Origin: a bacterium
GTDB lineage: Bacteria; Verrucomicrobiota; Kiritimatiellia; CAIKKV01; CAITUY01
DNA length: 64,000 bases
NCBI GenBank assembly: GCA_037132275.1
Contig: JBAXPK010000007.1
Coordinates: 518-64,517, forward strand
Reading direction: 5' to 3'
Every line of letters begins with the position of its first letter. Position 1 is the first letter of the stretch. The notes below the pieces were generated by a model, which was not told the origin of the DNA, made no database searches, and saw only the letters and a program-made list of their open reading frames with translations. The position numbers were made by a program, and so were the translations under genes. Shown one piece after another: positions 56,212-64,000 of this stretch.

Positions 56212-57236
56212 CCCAATACTCCTTTGGGTAGTTGCATGGTCACACAGTGCAGTGATCCATGCTGGAGAATGAGAGCTGAACAGTCAATGCCGATAATCTT
56301 TCGGCCCGGGAAGGCCTTCCCGATAATATCGAGAGCATGATGGTCCTGCGGATCCGTATAAACCGGGACCAGAACAGCCCCGTTCAAAACCAGGAAGTTG
56401 GCATAGGAGACCGGCAACCGATGCCCCTCTTCGTCGTGCCGGGCTGACGGCCAGGGGAGTGGAAGCAGCCGATAGGGAGTGCCTGCCGGGGTTTTCAGCG
56501 CCCCCAGTTCGTTGGCCATGGCGGACAGTTCAGCGAAATGCTCGTCGGAGGGGTCGTCGCAAGCTTGGTAGATAAGGGTGTCATGTGGGGCGAAGCGGGC
56601 CAGCATATCCACATGCCCATCCGTATCATCCCCTGCCAGATAGCCGTGCTCCAACCACAGGACGCGCGATACTCCGAGATATCGTTTAAGGGTCTCTTCG
56701 GTTTCTGCCCGGTTCAGGTGTGCGTTCCGGTTCGGGTTGGCGTTGCAGGAGGTGGTCGTCAGGAGGGTGCCGTGTCCATCGCTCTCGATGCTGCCGCCTT
56801 CGAGGACGAAATGAATAGGCCGGAGATGGGTTCCGCTAAAGACCCCGTGTTCCTTAAGTTCCTTTGAAATAACGTTGTCGAAATTGGCGTGAAACTTGCC
56901 GCCCCATCCATTGAACAGAAAGTCCAGAAGCACAGGCCGGTCGTTTTCGATGATGGTGATGGGCCCGAAATCGCGTGCCCAGGTATCGTTGGAGGGGATT
57001 GGGAAACAATGGACCCGCTCGGAAAGCGCGGCGGTATGCCGGAGGACGGTATGGACTTCATCAGGGGTGGTGGTGACGACGATAACCTGTCCATGATGGG
57101 AAGCTTCCGCAATGATCCGCGCAAAAGTCTCCCGGGCCTGGTTGATATACGGTTTCCAGTCCGTTCCCTCATGGGGCCAGGCCAGCAAGACACCATCCTG
57201 CTCCTCCCATTCCGCAGGGTATCGAGGGGTATTCAT
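56208..57236 (-). CDS. aguA: Agmatine deiminase
   Basis: PAEWEEQDGVLLAWPH, WARDFGP, GDDTDGHVDMLARF and the C-terminal HGSLHCVTMQ catalytic Cys motif. Confidence 0.85.
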   Translation of the reverse strand: MNTPRYPAEWEEQDGVLLAWPHEGTDWKPYINQARETFARIIAEASHHGQVIVVTTTPDEVHTVLRHTAALSERVHCFPIPSNDTWARDFGPITIIENDRPVLLDFLFNGWGGKFHANFDNVISKELKEHGVFSGTHLRPIHFVLEGGSIESDGHGTLLTTTSCNANPNRNAHLNRAETEETLKRYLGVSRVLWLEHGYLAGDDTDGHVDMLARFAPHDTLIYQACDDPSDEHFAELSAMANELGALKTPAGTPYRLLPLPWPSARHDEEGHRLPVSYANFLVLNGAVLVPVYTDPQDHHALDIIGKAFPGRKIIGIDCSALILQHGSLHCVTMQLPKGVLG

Positions 57237-57247
57237 AAGTTATGAAA

Positions 57248-57943
57248 TTATTTCCCCTGCCCGTAATAGGCAGCGGCCCCATGCTTCCTCAAGTAATGCT
57301 TGTCCAGCAACACTCTTGGCACGGACCTTGTCGCTGGAGCAATCTGAAGGGTCTCGGACGCCAGCTTGCAGAGGAACTCCAGCACCACCGCATTTTCAAC
57401 CGCCGTTGCCGCTGACTTTCCCCAAGTGAAGGGGCCATGGCTGGCCACCAGGACGCCGGGGAAAGCCTGGGAATCAAGGTTCGTGAACCGTTCGACAATC
57501 ACCCGGCCGGTATTCACCTCATAGTCGCCGGAGATTTCCTTTCCCGTCAACAGCCGGGTACAGGGGACCGTTCCGTGATAGTAATCGGCATGCGTGGTAC
57601 CGAGGGCCGGGAGTTCGCGTCGTGCCTGAGCCCAGGCCGTGGCAAACAAGCTGTGCGTATGTACCACTCCGCCAACGTTCGGGAACGCACGATACAACTC
57701 CAGATGGGTTGGCGTATCGGAACTGGGCTTCAAATCCCCTTCCACCACCTCGCCGGTCTTGAGCGAAACCACCACCATGTGCCGGGGCTTCATCCTGGCA
57801 TAAGTTACGCCCGACGGCTTGATGACGATCAGGCCCTGTTGGCGGTCAATCCCGCTGACATTCCCCCATGTCTGCACCACGAGTCCTTCGGCCACCAGCC
57901 GCACATTCGCGGCGCACACGTCCTTTTTAAGTGCTTCCAGCAT
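57248..57943 (-). CDS. araD: L-ribulose-5-phosphate 4-epimerase
   Basis: Near-colinear with E. coli AraD: TWGNVSGIDR, VIKPSGV, KPSSDTPTHLELY, GGVVHTHS, GTTHADYYHGTVPCTR, LLDKHYLRKHGAAAYYGQ. Confidence 0.9.
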   Translation of the reverse strand: MLEALKKDVCAANVRLVAEGLVVQTWGNVSGIDRQQGLIVIKPSGVTYARMKPRHMVVVSLKTGEVVEGDLKPSSDTPTHLELYRAFPNVGGVVHTHSLFATAWAQARRELPALGTTHADYYHGTVPCTRLLTGKEISGDYEVNTGRVIVERFTNLDSQAFPGVLVASHGPFTWGKSAATAVENAVVLEFLCKLASETLQIAPATRSVPRVLLDKHYLRKHGAAAYYGQGK

Positions 57944-57965
57944 CGATCACCCTCTTCCTATATAA

Positions 57966-59498
57966 TCAGCGCCCGACGCCTTGGAGAAGATGATAGGCGA
58001 TGTCATTCCAGCGGAGCTCATTCTTGAGCGTCGCAAGCGTGGTGCCTTCGCCGATCCGGATCATCTCAATTCCGGTGATGGAGGCGAAATTTTCGAGGTG
58101 TTCAACCGTCACGGCGCTGCTGAATGCGGAGTGGTGCGCGCCACCGGCATAAATCCAGGCTGCGGCCGCCGTCTTGAAGTCCGGCAACGCTTCCCAGGTG
58201 GCGCAGGCCACCGGCAACTTGGGCAGGGGATGGGGTGGTTTGACCACGTTCAGTTCGTTGACAATCAGGCGGAAGCGGTTGCCCATATCCACCAGGGTCG
58301 CATTCAGTGCCGGACCTGGTTTGGCGGTGAACACCAAGCGGGCCGGGTCTTCCTTGCCTCCAATACCCAGCGGATGGATTTGTAGCGAAGGTTTGGCGGC
58401 AGCGATGGACGGGCAGACTTCCAGCATGTGGGCCCCCAGCACCAGTGGCCGCTTCGGGTCAAGATGATAGGTATAATCCTCCATCCAACTCGTACCGCCT
58501 TTGAGGTCGGCCGCCATGGCCTTCATACCGCGTAGCAGGGCGCAGGTTTTCCAGTCGCCCTCGGCGCCGAATCCGTATCCTTCGGCCATCAGGCTCTGGA
58601 CCGCCAAGCCTGGGAGTTGCTTCAGGCCGTGGAGATCCTCGAAGGTGGTCGTGAAGCCTTTGAATCCGCCCTTTTCCAGAAAGGTTCGCAACCCGACCTC
58701 AATCCGGGCGGCATCCTCAAGGCGGCTACGCTTGGCCCCGCCCTTACGCAAGGCCGGTGCCACCGAGTAGGCGCCGTCATAGGCGGCGCACTGGGCCGCG
58801 ACCGCTTTGGAGTCCACGGCATTGATGATCGCGACCAGCTCACTCACGGGATGGGTGTTCACGGAGTAGCCCAGACGGATTTCGGCGGCGACTTTGTCGC
58901 CCTCGGTGACGGCTACCTGTCGCATATTGTCACCGAAACGCACAAACTTGGCGCCCTGAAGATCGTTCCACCCGCGTACGGCGCGTTCCCAGGCCGCAAT
59001 GCGATCCTGAACCTCCCGGTCCTGCCAGTGCCCGACCACAACCTTACGCTCCAGGCGCAGGCGGGCATGGATGAAGCCGTGCTCCCGGTCGCCGTGGGCC
59101 GACTGGTTCAGGTTCATGAAATCCATGTCAATGGACGACCATGGCAGATCGCGGTTGAACTGCGTGTGCAGGTGAAGCATCGGCTTGTGGAAGCCCGTGA
59201 GCCCCGCGATCCACATCTTCGAGGGGGAGAACGTGTGCATCCAAAGGATGATGCCGCCGCACGACGGATCATGATTGGCCTCCGCCAGCGTGTTTCGGAT
59301 TTCATCGGGTGTCTTGACCACGGGCTTGAAGACCATCTTCAGCGGAAGTCGGCCAGAGGAGTTGAACCCGTCCACGATCTTGCCCGAATTTTCTGTCACC
59401 TGGGCCAGTGTTTTGGGTCCATAAAGATGCTGGCTTCCGGTAATGAACCACACAGTCAGATTGTCAGCGATATTTTTCATAGGCATCATTCGATCCAT
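57966..59498 (-). CDS. araA: L-arabinose isomerase
   Basis: [55 protein letters not shown]. The start is uncertain among several nearby Met codons (59498 to 59480). Confidence 0.9.
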   Translation of the reverse strand: MDRMMPMKNIADNLTVWFITGSQHLYGPKTLAQVTENSGKIVDGFNSSGRLPLKMVFKPVVKTPDEIRNTLAEANHDPSCGGIILWMHTFSPSKMWIAGLTGFHKPMLHLHTQFNRDLPWSSIDMDFMNLNQSAHGDREHGFIHARLRLERKVVVGHWQDREVQDRIAAWERAVRGWNDLQGAKFVRFGDNMRQVAVTEGDKVAAEIRLGYSVNTHPVSELVAIINAVDSKAVAAQCAAYDGAYSVAPALRKGGAKRSRLEDAARIEVGLRTFLEKGGFKGFTTTFEDLHGLKQLPGLAVQSLMAEGYGFGAEGDWKTCALLRGMKAMAADLKGGTSWMEDYTYHLDPKRPLVLGAHMLEVCPSIAAAKPSLQIHPLGIGGKEDPARLVFTAKPGPALNATLVDMGNRFRLIVNELNVVKPPHPLPKLPVACATWEALPDFKTAAAAWIYAGGAHHSAFSSAVTVEHLENFASITGIEMIRIGEGTTLATLKNELRWNDIAYHLLQGVGR

Positions 59499-59596
59499 TT
59501 ATCTCATCGATGATCGTCATCATCACTTCATTAGTCTCATTCCGCCCCGTCATCGGGAGCCCACTCCCGTTGTGTCTGGGCGTGATCGTTTAAGGC

Positions 59597-59616
59597 ACTA
59601 TAACAATTTTTTTTAG
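59597..59616 (-). promoter_or_regulatory. Promoter-like element for the araA operon (CTAA-N10-TATAGT on the minus strand)
   Basis: The minus strand reads CTAAAAAAAATTGTTATAGT. The TATAGT hexamer lies at 59602-59597, about 100 nt upstream of araA. The CTAA-to-hexamer distance is 1 nt shorter than in the plus-strand copies. Confidence 0.35.
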
Positions 59617-59664
59617 CGGCACCAGCGAAACTTCCGCGCCGGTTTCCGGGCCTCGAAATAAGAA

Positions 59665-59689
59665 AACCGCGGTTCAGAGAACCGCGGTT
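59665..59689. repeat. Tandem self-complementary decamers AACCGCGGTT-cagag-AACCGCGGTT
   Basis: Two identical 10-bp palindromes at 59665-59674 and 59680-59689. They can form a 10-bp hairpin, followed on the minus strand by TTTTCTTATTT. They lie upstream of the araA promoter-like hexamer. Confidence 0.6.
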
Positions 59690-60035
59690 AACATGGCGAG
59701 CATATGCCTGCTGCCGGGCGCCCCAGTCGGCCAGTAGACCCGGAACTTTATAGCGCTTGTGGCGCTGTTCCAATATGTCACCAACCTCAGGTCTCCTATA
59801 TAAAAAAGCATAGATTATGCCAGTGGATAACGGTGGTCCACTTTTAACGATACCTTTGCATGAAAGGCTGATAATCCGGAAAAAAATAAAAAAAAGGGCG
59901 CAAAATAGTCTTGTCGCTGTCTCTTGGGAAGGGAGGGAATCTCAGTGTTGAGACAGTCCCGTGCGACATTGCGAATGGACAAACCCTGAGGTTTCGGCCA
60001 TCTTTTAAGGCATGGGACTATATGACAGAGATTAT

Positions 60036-60170
60036 ATGAAGGAGACCCATTCCGGGGATCATGAGGAGAGTTCCGGGCCAGGGCTGATGAAATCGCGGTG
60101 GCCGCGTTGGGTTATGATCGCACTCATCTTGTTGATGGCCGGGATTATGGCCATGCATGCAATAAAATAG
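60036..60170 (+). CDS. Possible 44-aa His/Met-rich single-TM peptide
   Basis: MKETHSGDHEESSGPGLMKSRWPRWVMIALILLMAGIMAMHAIK. It ends 15 nt before the bcp ATG. Too short for the ORF track, with no strong RBS. Confidence 0.25.
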   Translation: MKETHSGDHEESSGPGLMKSRWPRWVMIALILLMAGIMAMHAIK

Positions 60171-60185
60171 AGGAGGAGACCCTTT

Positions 60186-60710
60186 ATGAAATGGCTAATA
60201 TTTACGGTTCTTGCGGTGGTCGTGGCTTCAGTGGTTCGGGCTCAATCCGGCACGGGGGTGGTTGTGGGCGCTCAGGCGCCTGAATTTATGGCGCTCGATA
60301 GCGATGGTCGCACCAATAAACTCTCGGATTATCGGGGGAAATGGGTTGTGCTGTATTTTTATCCCAAGGCCTTCACCCCGGGGTGCACAACGGAGTCATG
60401 CAGTCTTCGCGACGGGCATGCCAGTCTGGACGAGCTAAAGGCGGTCATCATCGGGGTCAGTTTGGATACCGTTGAGAAGCAGGCCAAATTCAAGAAGGAA
60501 TATAATCTGCCGTTCATCTTATTGAGCGATTCCGACAAAGCCATCTCCAGGGCCTATGACAATCTTGCCTTGGGCAGCCTTTTTGCCAAGCGCCGCACCT
60601 TCATCATCAGTCCCGACGGGAAAATTGCCCACATCATCGAATCGGTCAAACCCGGTTCCCACGACAAGCAGGTGGCGGATGTGCTGAAGGATCTGCAGCG
60701 GAAAATATAG
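60186..60710 (+). CDS. bcp: Exported thiol peroxidase / peroxiredoxin (Bcp, AhpC-TSA family)
   Basis: AGGAGGAG RBS. Signal peptide MKWLIFTVLAVVVASVVRAQ. Catalytic motif WVVLYFYPKAFTPGCTTE. Confidence 0.8.
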   Translation: MKWLIFTVLAVVVASVVRAQSGTGVVVGAQAPEFMALDSDGRTNKLSDYRGKWVVLYFYPKAFTPGCTTESCSLRDGHASLDELKAVIIGVSLDTVEKQAKFKKEYNLPFILLSDSDKAISRAYDNLALGSLFAKRRTFIISPDGKIAHIIESVKPGSHDKQVADVLKDLQRKI

Positions 60711-60728
60711 AGACGAGGATAAGACCGC

Positions 60729-61562
60729 ATGACGACCGATTCTCTTCCCATCCGTTCCTGCGGGGAGTGTTGTACCCGGTTGGTTGATTTTGGGGTGATG
60801 CTTCAAGGCCGACCGGTGCTGGAGCATATTAATCTCCACATGCATTGCGGGGAACTGACCTCCCTGATCGGGCCGAACGGGGCCGGGAAGACCTCCCTTC
60901 TGCGGGCCATGGTCGGGGAACTTTCGCACACGGGCACACTTCGTTTCATCCATCACGGGAACATTGAGACGACAAAGCCTTTACGGATCGGGTATGTGCC
61001 CCAGAAACTGGAACTGGATCGGACATCGCCAACCACCGTCCTCGACCTGTTTGCCGGGGCGTTAAGCCGCTGGCCGCTTTGGGTGGGAACCCGGAAAGCG
61101 GTACGTGTGGAGGCCCTGTCGAAACTGGAGTTGGTCGGAGGGGAATCGCTCCTCGACCGGCGGCTCTCGGAGATTTCGGTGGGGCAACTCCAGCGGGTTT
61201 TGCTGGCGTTGGCGCTGGCGCCTATTCCGGAACTGCTTTTGCTTGATGAGCCCGTGGCGGCGCTTGACCAGGGCGGCATGGAGCGGTTCTATCAAACCGT
61301 GTCCCGGATGAGGACGGAATATGACCTCTCTATTCTTCTGGTCTCTCATGATCTGACCTCCGCCGCGCAATTTGCGGACCGGATGATCCTGTTAAATCGC
61401 ACGATCCTGTGTGACGGGGCTCCCCGCGAGGTGTTGTTGAGCCCGCTGATCCGCCAGGCGTTCGGATTTGGTTTTACCGCACAGGAGATTGCGGGACGCC
61501 GACCGGCGTTAAAGGATCTGGAGCACGAACAATGCGCTCTCCCGATGGAGGGGATCCCGTGA
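60729..61562 (+). CDS. znuC: Metal (Zn/Mn-type) ABC transporter ATP-binding protein
   Basis: Walker A GPNGAGKTS, signature ISVGQLQRVLLALAL, Walker B LLLLDEPVAALD. Followed by an ABC-3 permease. Confidence 0.7.
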   Translation: MTTDSLPIRSCGECCTRLVDFGVMLQGRPVLEHINLHMHCGELTSLIGPNGAGKTSLLRAMVGELSHTGTLRFIHHGNIETTKPLRIGYVPQKLELDRTSPTTVLDLFAGALSRWPLWVGTRKAVRVEALSKLELVGGESLLDRRLSEISVGQLQRVLLALALAPIPELLLLDEPVAALDQGGMERFYQTVSRMRTEYDLSILLVSHDLTSAAQFADRMILLNRTILCDGAPREVLLSPLIRQAFGFGFTAQEIAGRRPALKDLEHEQCALPMEGIP

Positions 61563-62389
61563 CACTGTGGCAGACCCTCTTGATGAACCTGCCCTTTGAA
61601 TGGGCCCATTATGATTTTATGGGCAATGCGCTTCTGGCGGTGCTTCTGGTGTCGCCGGTGCTGGCGGTGCTGGGATGCCTGGTGGTCAATAACCAGATGG
61701 CGTTCTTTTCGGAGGCCATGGGGCATTCCGCGTTGACAGGCCTCGCGCTGGGCGCGTTGCTGGGCCTGGCCGACCCGACCGTGACTATTGTGGGATTTGC
61801 GATGTTGCTGGCGCTGGCAATGTTCCTGATGCGGCGGTACAGCGCCGTGCCGCCGGATACCAGCATCGCCCTGGTCATGGCCTTTGTAGTGGCGTTGGGC
61901 GTGGTGCTGTTGTCCCGCGGAGGCGGGTTTGCCAGGTATTCCCGCTATTTGATTGGCGACATTTTGACCATAACGTCCCATGAATTGGGGTGGCTTGCGA
62001 TTTTATCAGGGCTGGTGGGGTGTATTTGGTTGTTTTTGTTCAATGCCTTTTTCTTTGTCAGCCTCAATCGTTCCCTGGCGGCGAGCCGCGGTCTGCCGGC
62101 GGCGTTGCTGGAGGCGGTTTTTTCCGTGCTGGTCGCCGTGGTGGTGGCGGTGAGCATCCCATGGGTAGGCTTGCTGGTGATCAATTCCATGCTGATCCTT
62201 CCGGCGGCTACCGCGCGGAACCTGGCTCGGAATACCCGTTGGTACATGCTGGGAGCGGTGCTGGTCAGTCTTTTTTCCGGCGTGCTCGGCCTCGTCTGTT
62301 CCTACTATTGGAACACCGCCACCGGTGCCACCATCGTTCTTTGGGCCTGCGGCTTCTTTGCCGCTTCATTGGTATTGAGAAGGAGGTAG
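61559..62389 (+). CDS. znuB: Metal ABC transporter permease (ABC-3 family, ZnuB-like)
   Basis: 8-9 TM segments and an ABC-3-like pattern (LIGDILTIT, LILPAATARNL). GTGA overlap with the ATPase stop; the alternative start is ATG 61583. Confidence 0.7.
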   Translation: MTLWQTLLMNLPFEWAHYDFMGNALLAVLLVSPVLAVLGCLVVNNQMAFFSEAMGHSALTGLALGALLGLADPTVTIVGFAMLLALAMFLMRRYSAVPPDTSIALVMAFVVALGVVLLSRGGGFARYSRYLIGDILTITSHELGWLAILSGLVGCIWLFLFNAFFFVSLNRSLAASRGLPAALLEAVFSVLVAVVVAVSIPWVGLLVINSMLILPAATARNLARNTRWYMLGAVLVSLFSGVLGLVCSYYWNTATGATIVLWACGFFAASLVLRRR

Positions 62390-62414
62390 GGCAGGCGCGC
62401 CGCCGCCCGCCCTA
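62387..62414 (+). terminator. GC-rich hairpin after znuB (weak terminator candidate, no U-tract)
   Basis: tagggcaggcg / cgcccgcccta stem (11 bp, 1 mismatch) starting at the stop codon. No downstream T-run. Confidence 0.3.
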
Positions 62415-62421
62415 CCGGGGC

Positions 62422-62450
62422 TTGACGCGGAGCGGGTCAATTGCCAGTAT
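62422..62450 (+). promoter_or_regulatory. Sigma70-like promoter TTGACG-N17-CAGTAT
   Basis: TTGACG at 62422-62427, a 17-nt spacer, CAGTAT at 62445-62450. ATG codons at 62453 and 62459 follow immediately. Confidence 0.4.
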
Positions 62451-62452
62451 CC

Positions 62453-63199
62453 ATGTCTATGACAGAACCGCATGAAATCCTGGATATCCAGCAGCAGTTG
62501 GTGAACAGCGACGTGTCGCCGATGCGGAAATATCTCGCTTTGGTGATCGGGCGGGGGAGTTGGCTGACCTTGATGAAGTATGAACTCATCATCCTGCTCT
62601 GTTCCCTGACGCCGGGGGCCTTGGGTCTGGTGATGCGCAAAGCGCTCTATCCGCTGTTGCTCAAGAAGTGCGGACGGAATGTCGTCTTTGGCGCCAATAT
62701 CGTGCTGCGTCACCCGAAAAAGATCGTCATCGGCGATAACGTGGTGGTCGACGATAACTGCCTGCTCGATGCCAAGGGCGATTCCAATGCCGGCATTACC
62801 ATTGGTTCAGGTGTGTTTATCGGACGGAACACAATTCTCCACTGCAAGAACGGCGACATCATCATCGGCGACGATGTGAATATTGGTTTTAACTGCGATA
62901 TTGCCTCCTCCCACCGGGTGGAAATCGGGCGCAAGGTTCTGATTGCCGCCTACAGCTATATCGTTGGCGGCGGGCATGACTTCTCCAAATCGGATGCCTC
63001 GGTCATGGATCAGAAACGTATTGCCCGCGGGATTACCATTGGCTCCGAGGCTTGGATCGGGGCGGGTGTTATTGTTCAGGACGGCTGCACCATCGGGGAA
63101 GGAACCATCGTCGGCGCCGGCGCCGTGGTGGCGGATAATCTTCCCGCCAAAGTCGTTGCCGTCGGGCTGCCCGCCAGAGTTCTCCGCGCCCGTGATTAA
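62453..63199 (+). CDS. Hexapeptide-repeat (left-handed beta-helix) acyl/acetyltransferase with N-terminal membrane segment
   Basis: Repeats VVFGANIVL, VIGDNVVVDDNCLL, ITIGSGVFIGRNTIL, IIIGDDVNIGFNCDI, ITIGSEAWIGAGVIV, CTIGEGTIVGAGAVV. The start may be 62459. Confidence 0.75.
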   Translation: MSMTEPHEILDIQQQLVNSDVSPMRKYLALVIGRGSWLTLMKYELIILLCSLTPGALGLVMRKALYPLLLKKCGRNVVFGANIVLRHPKKIVIGDNVVVDDNCLLDAKGDSNAGITIGSGVFIGRNTILHCKNGDIIIGDDVNIGFNCDIASSHRVEIGRKVLIAAYSYIVGGGHDFSKSDASVMDQKRIARGITIGSEAWIGAGVIVQDGCTIGEGTIVGAGAVVADNLPAKVVAVGLPARVLRARD

Positions 63200-63999
63200 C
63201 CGCGTCGATAAAGCGTGACAATAGTCTCGGCGACTTGGAGCGCCGAGTGTGTTGCGGTATCGACCTGATGAGGAAGCGAGGCGTACAGGCCCTTGCGTTT
63301 TGCCAGCAAATCCAAAATGCGCTGCATGCGGTTCTGTTCTTCCAACAGGGGGCGGTTGCGATCCTTCGCGGTACGCTCAAAGATGACCTCGGGTGTGGCG
63401 GTCAGGCACACGACCAAGCCGGTCCGGCTATAGTCGCGAATGTTGTCAGGATTGAGTACCACTCCACCGCCACAGGCGATGACCAGGCCTTTCTCTTGCG
63501 AAAGTTCCTGAGCCAAAGCCCGCTCCAGCGTCCGGAAATGCGGTTCGCCCTCCTCGGCAAAAATACGGGAGATGGGCTTGCCGGCCCGCTCCTCAAGAAT
63601 CGTGTCCATGTCGACAAATTTCATCCCGAGTCGACTGGCCAGTAACTTTCCCACCGTGCTTTTGCCGGAGCCCATGAATCCCATGAGAACGATGTTGGGC
63701 GTGCAGTCCCCTGCCGCCTTGTGCGGCAGGAACGGACGATTGGCAGCAAACGTGTGTGCGTGCTGCCAATCACGTTCACCCGCGACACAAGGTCGCGAGG
63801 GTCTATCGAAAATGAGCCGACCGGCGCAGAACGTTTTTTCGGCACGGCCGGTGAGCCGCCGGCCGTCGAAGGGCGTGTTGCGTGATTTGGAGGCGAATTC
63901 CTCGGCCCGGACGATCCACTCGCTGTCGAGATCCAGCAGGATCAGGTCGGCGGGAGCACCAGGGGCGAGTGTCGGGGCGGGCCGTCCCAGAACGCTCGC
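63196..63999 (-). CDS. aroK: Shikimate kinase domain in the same open frame as an upstream dihydroorotase-like C-terminus (5'-partial at the window edge)
   Basis: AroK: NIVLMGFMGSGKSTVGKLLA...VIACGGGVV. The same frame is open to base 63999 with no stop, and reads ADLILLDLDSEWIVRAEEFASKSRNTPFDGRRLTGRAEKTFCAGRLIF, a cyclic-amidohydrolase/dihydroorotase C-terminal pattern. Confidence 0.6.
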   Translation of the reverse strand, partial: ASVLGRPAPTLAPGAPADLILLDLDSEWIVRAEEFASKSRNTPFDGRRLTGRAEKTFCAGRLIFDRPSRPCVAGERDWQHAHTFAANRPFLPHKAAGDCTPNIVLMGFMGSGKSTVGKLLASRLGMKFVDMDTILEERAGKPISRIFAEEGEPHFRTLERALAQELSQEKGLVIACGGGVVLNPDNIRDYSRTGLVVCLTATPEVIFERTAKDRNRPLLEEQNRMQRILDLLAKRKGLYASLPHQVDTATHSALQVAETIVTLYRRG

Positions 64000-64000
64000 C

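Noticed and set aside
59537-59773. 78-aa minus-strand ORF in the araA/bcp intergenic region
   Set aside because: It is highly basic with no RBS and spans the tandem palindromes and the promoter-like region. It is most likely a chance ORF.
63196-63199. Convergent acetyltransferase and aroK genes share their stop codons within one TTAA. A similar 0-nt junction occurs at 48069/48070.
   Set aside because: This is a real observation, but it is ordinary gene packing in a compact genome and there is no evidence of a functional element.
1-64000. Search for CRISPR arrays, tRNA/rRNA genes, IS elements, integrases, phage genes and toxin-antitoxin or known defence-system genes
   Set aside because: None were seen. 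There are no regularly spaced direct repeats, no cloverleaf-like conserved tRNA arms in the intergenic regions, and no transposase, integrase or nuclease-type ORFs. By-eye scanning can miss short or degenerate elements.

Overview
This is a high-GC bacterial chromosomal window, roughly 58-60% GC by eye. Coding is dense and there are no rRNA, tRNA, CRISPR or transposase genes. The gene content suggests a PVC-group organism (Kiritimatiellota, Verrucomicrobiota or Lentisphaerota), but that placement is a low-confidence inference. All family calls come from motifs read in the supplied translations; no database search was possible. Layout: (1) The 3' end of a secreted beta-helix/Ig-like surface protein. 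(2) A long plus-strand operon (2056-12590) with an aryl-sulfotransferase-like beta-propeller, two small membrane proteins, a PAPS-type sulfotransferase, pstSCAB, cysC, cysD, a cysN-APS-kinase-like fusion and a GtrA-like protein. (3) Two small genes (a zinc ribbon and a CBM48 protein) with twin upstream motifs, plus a secreted protein. (4) A translationally coupled three-gene operon (14432-18923): an unrecognisable 793-aa protein, a phosphatidylserine-decarboxylase-like protein and an Lgt-like membrane protein. This is the best candidate for an undescribed system. (5) A secreted Pro/Ser-rich protein and an orphan PhoB-like response regulator. (6) A TonB-dependent uptake locus (20903-34949) with a secreted beta-helix protein, a lipoprotein, a TonB-dependent receptor, an ExbB/TonB/TPR/DUF3450-like/TtpC-like/ExbD set, an outer-membrane barrel and a lipoprotein. 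(7) A convergent exopolysaccharide cluster (35122-53637). (8) A minus-strand run of a PhoU-like gene, thuA, aguB, aguA, araD and araA. (9) A Bcp peroxiredoxin, a ZnuCB-like metal ABC pair, an acetyltransferase, and a shikimate kinase apparently fused in frame to a dihydroorotase-like C-terminus at the window edge. The main non-coding signal is a recurrent promoter-like architecture: 11-bp-phased CTAAY/GACTAAT repeats at a fixed distance from a TATAAT-like hexamer. Its geometry resembles Pho boxes, and copies lie upstream of the pst-containing operon and of the phoB-like gene.
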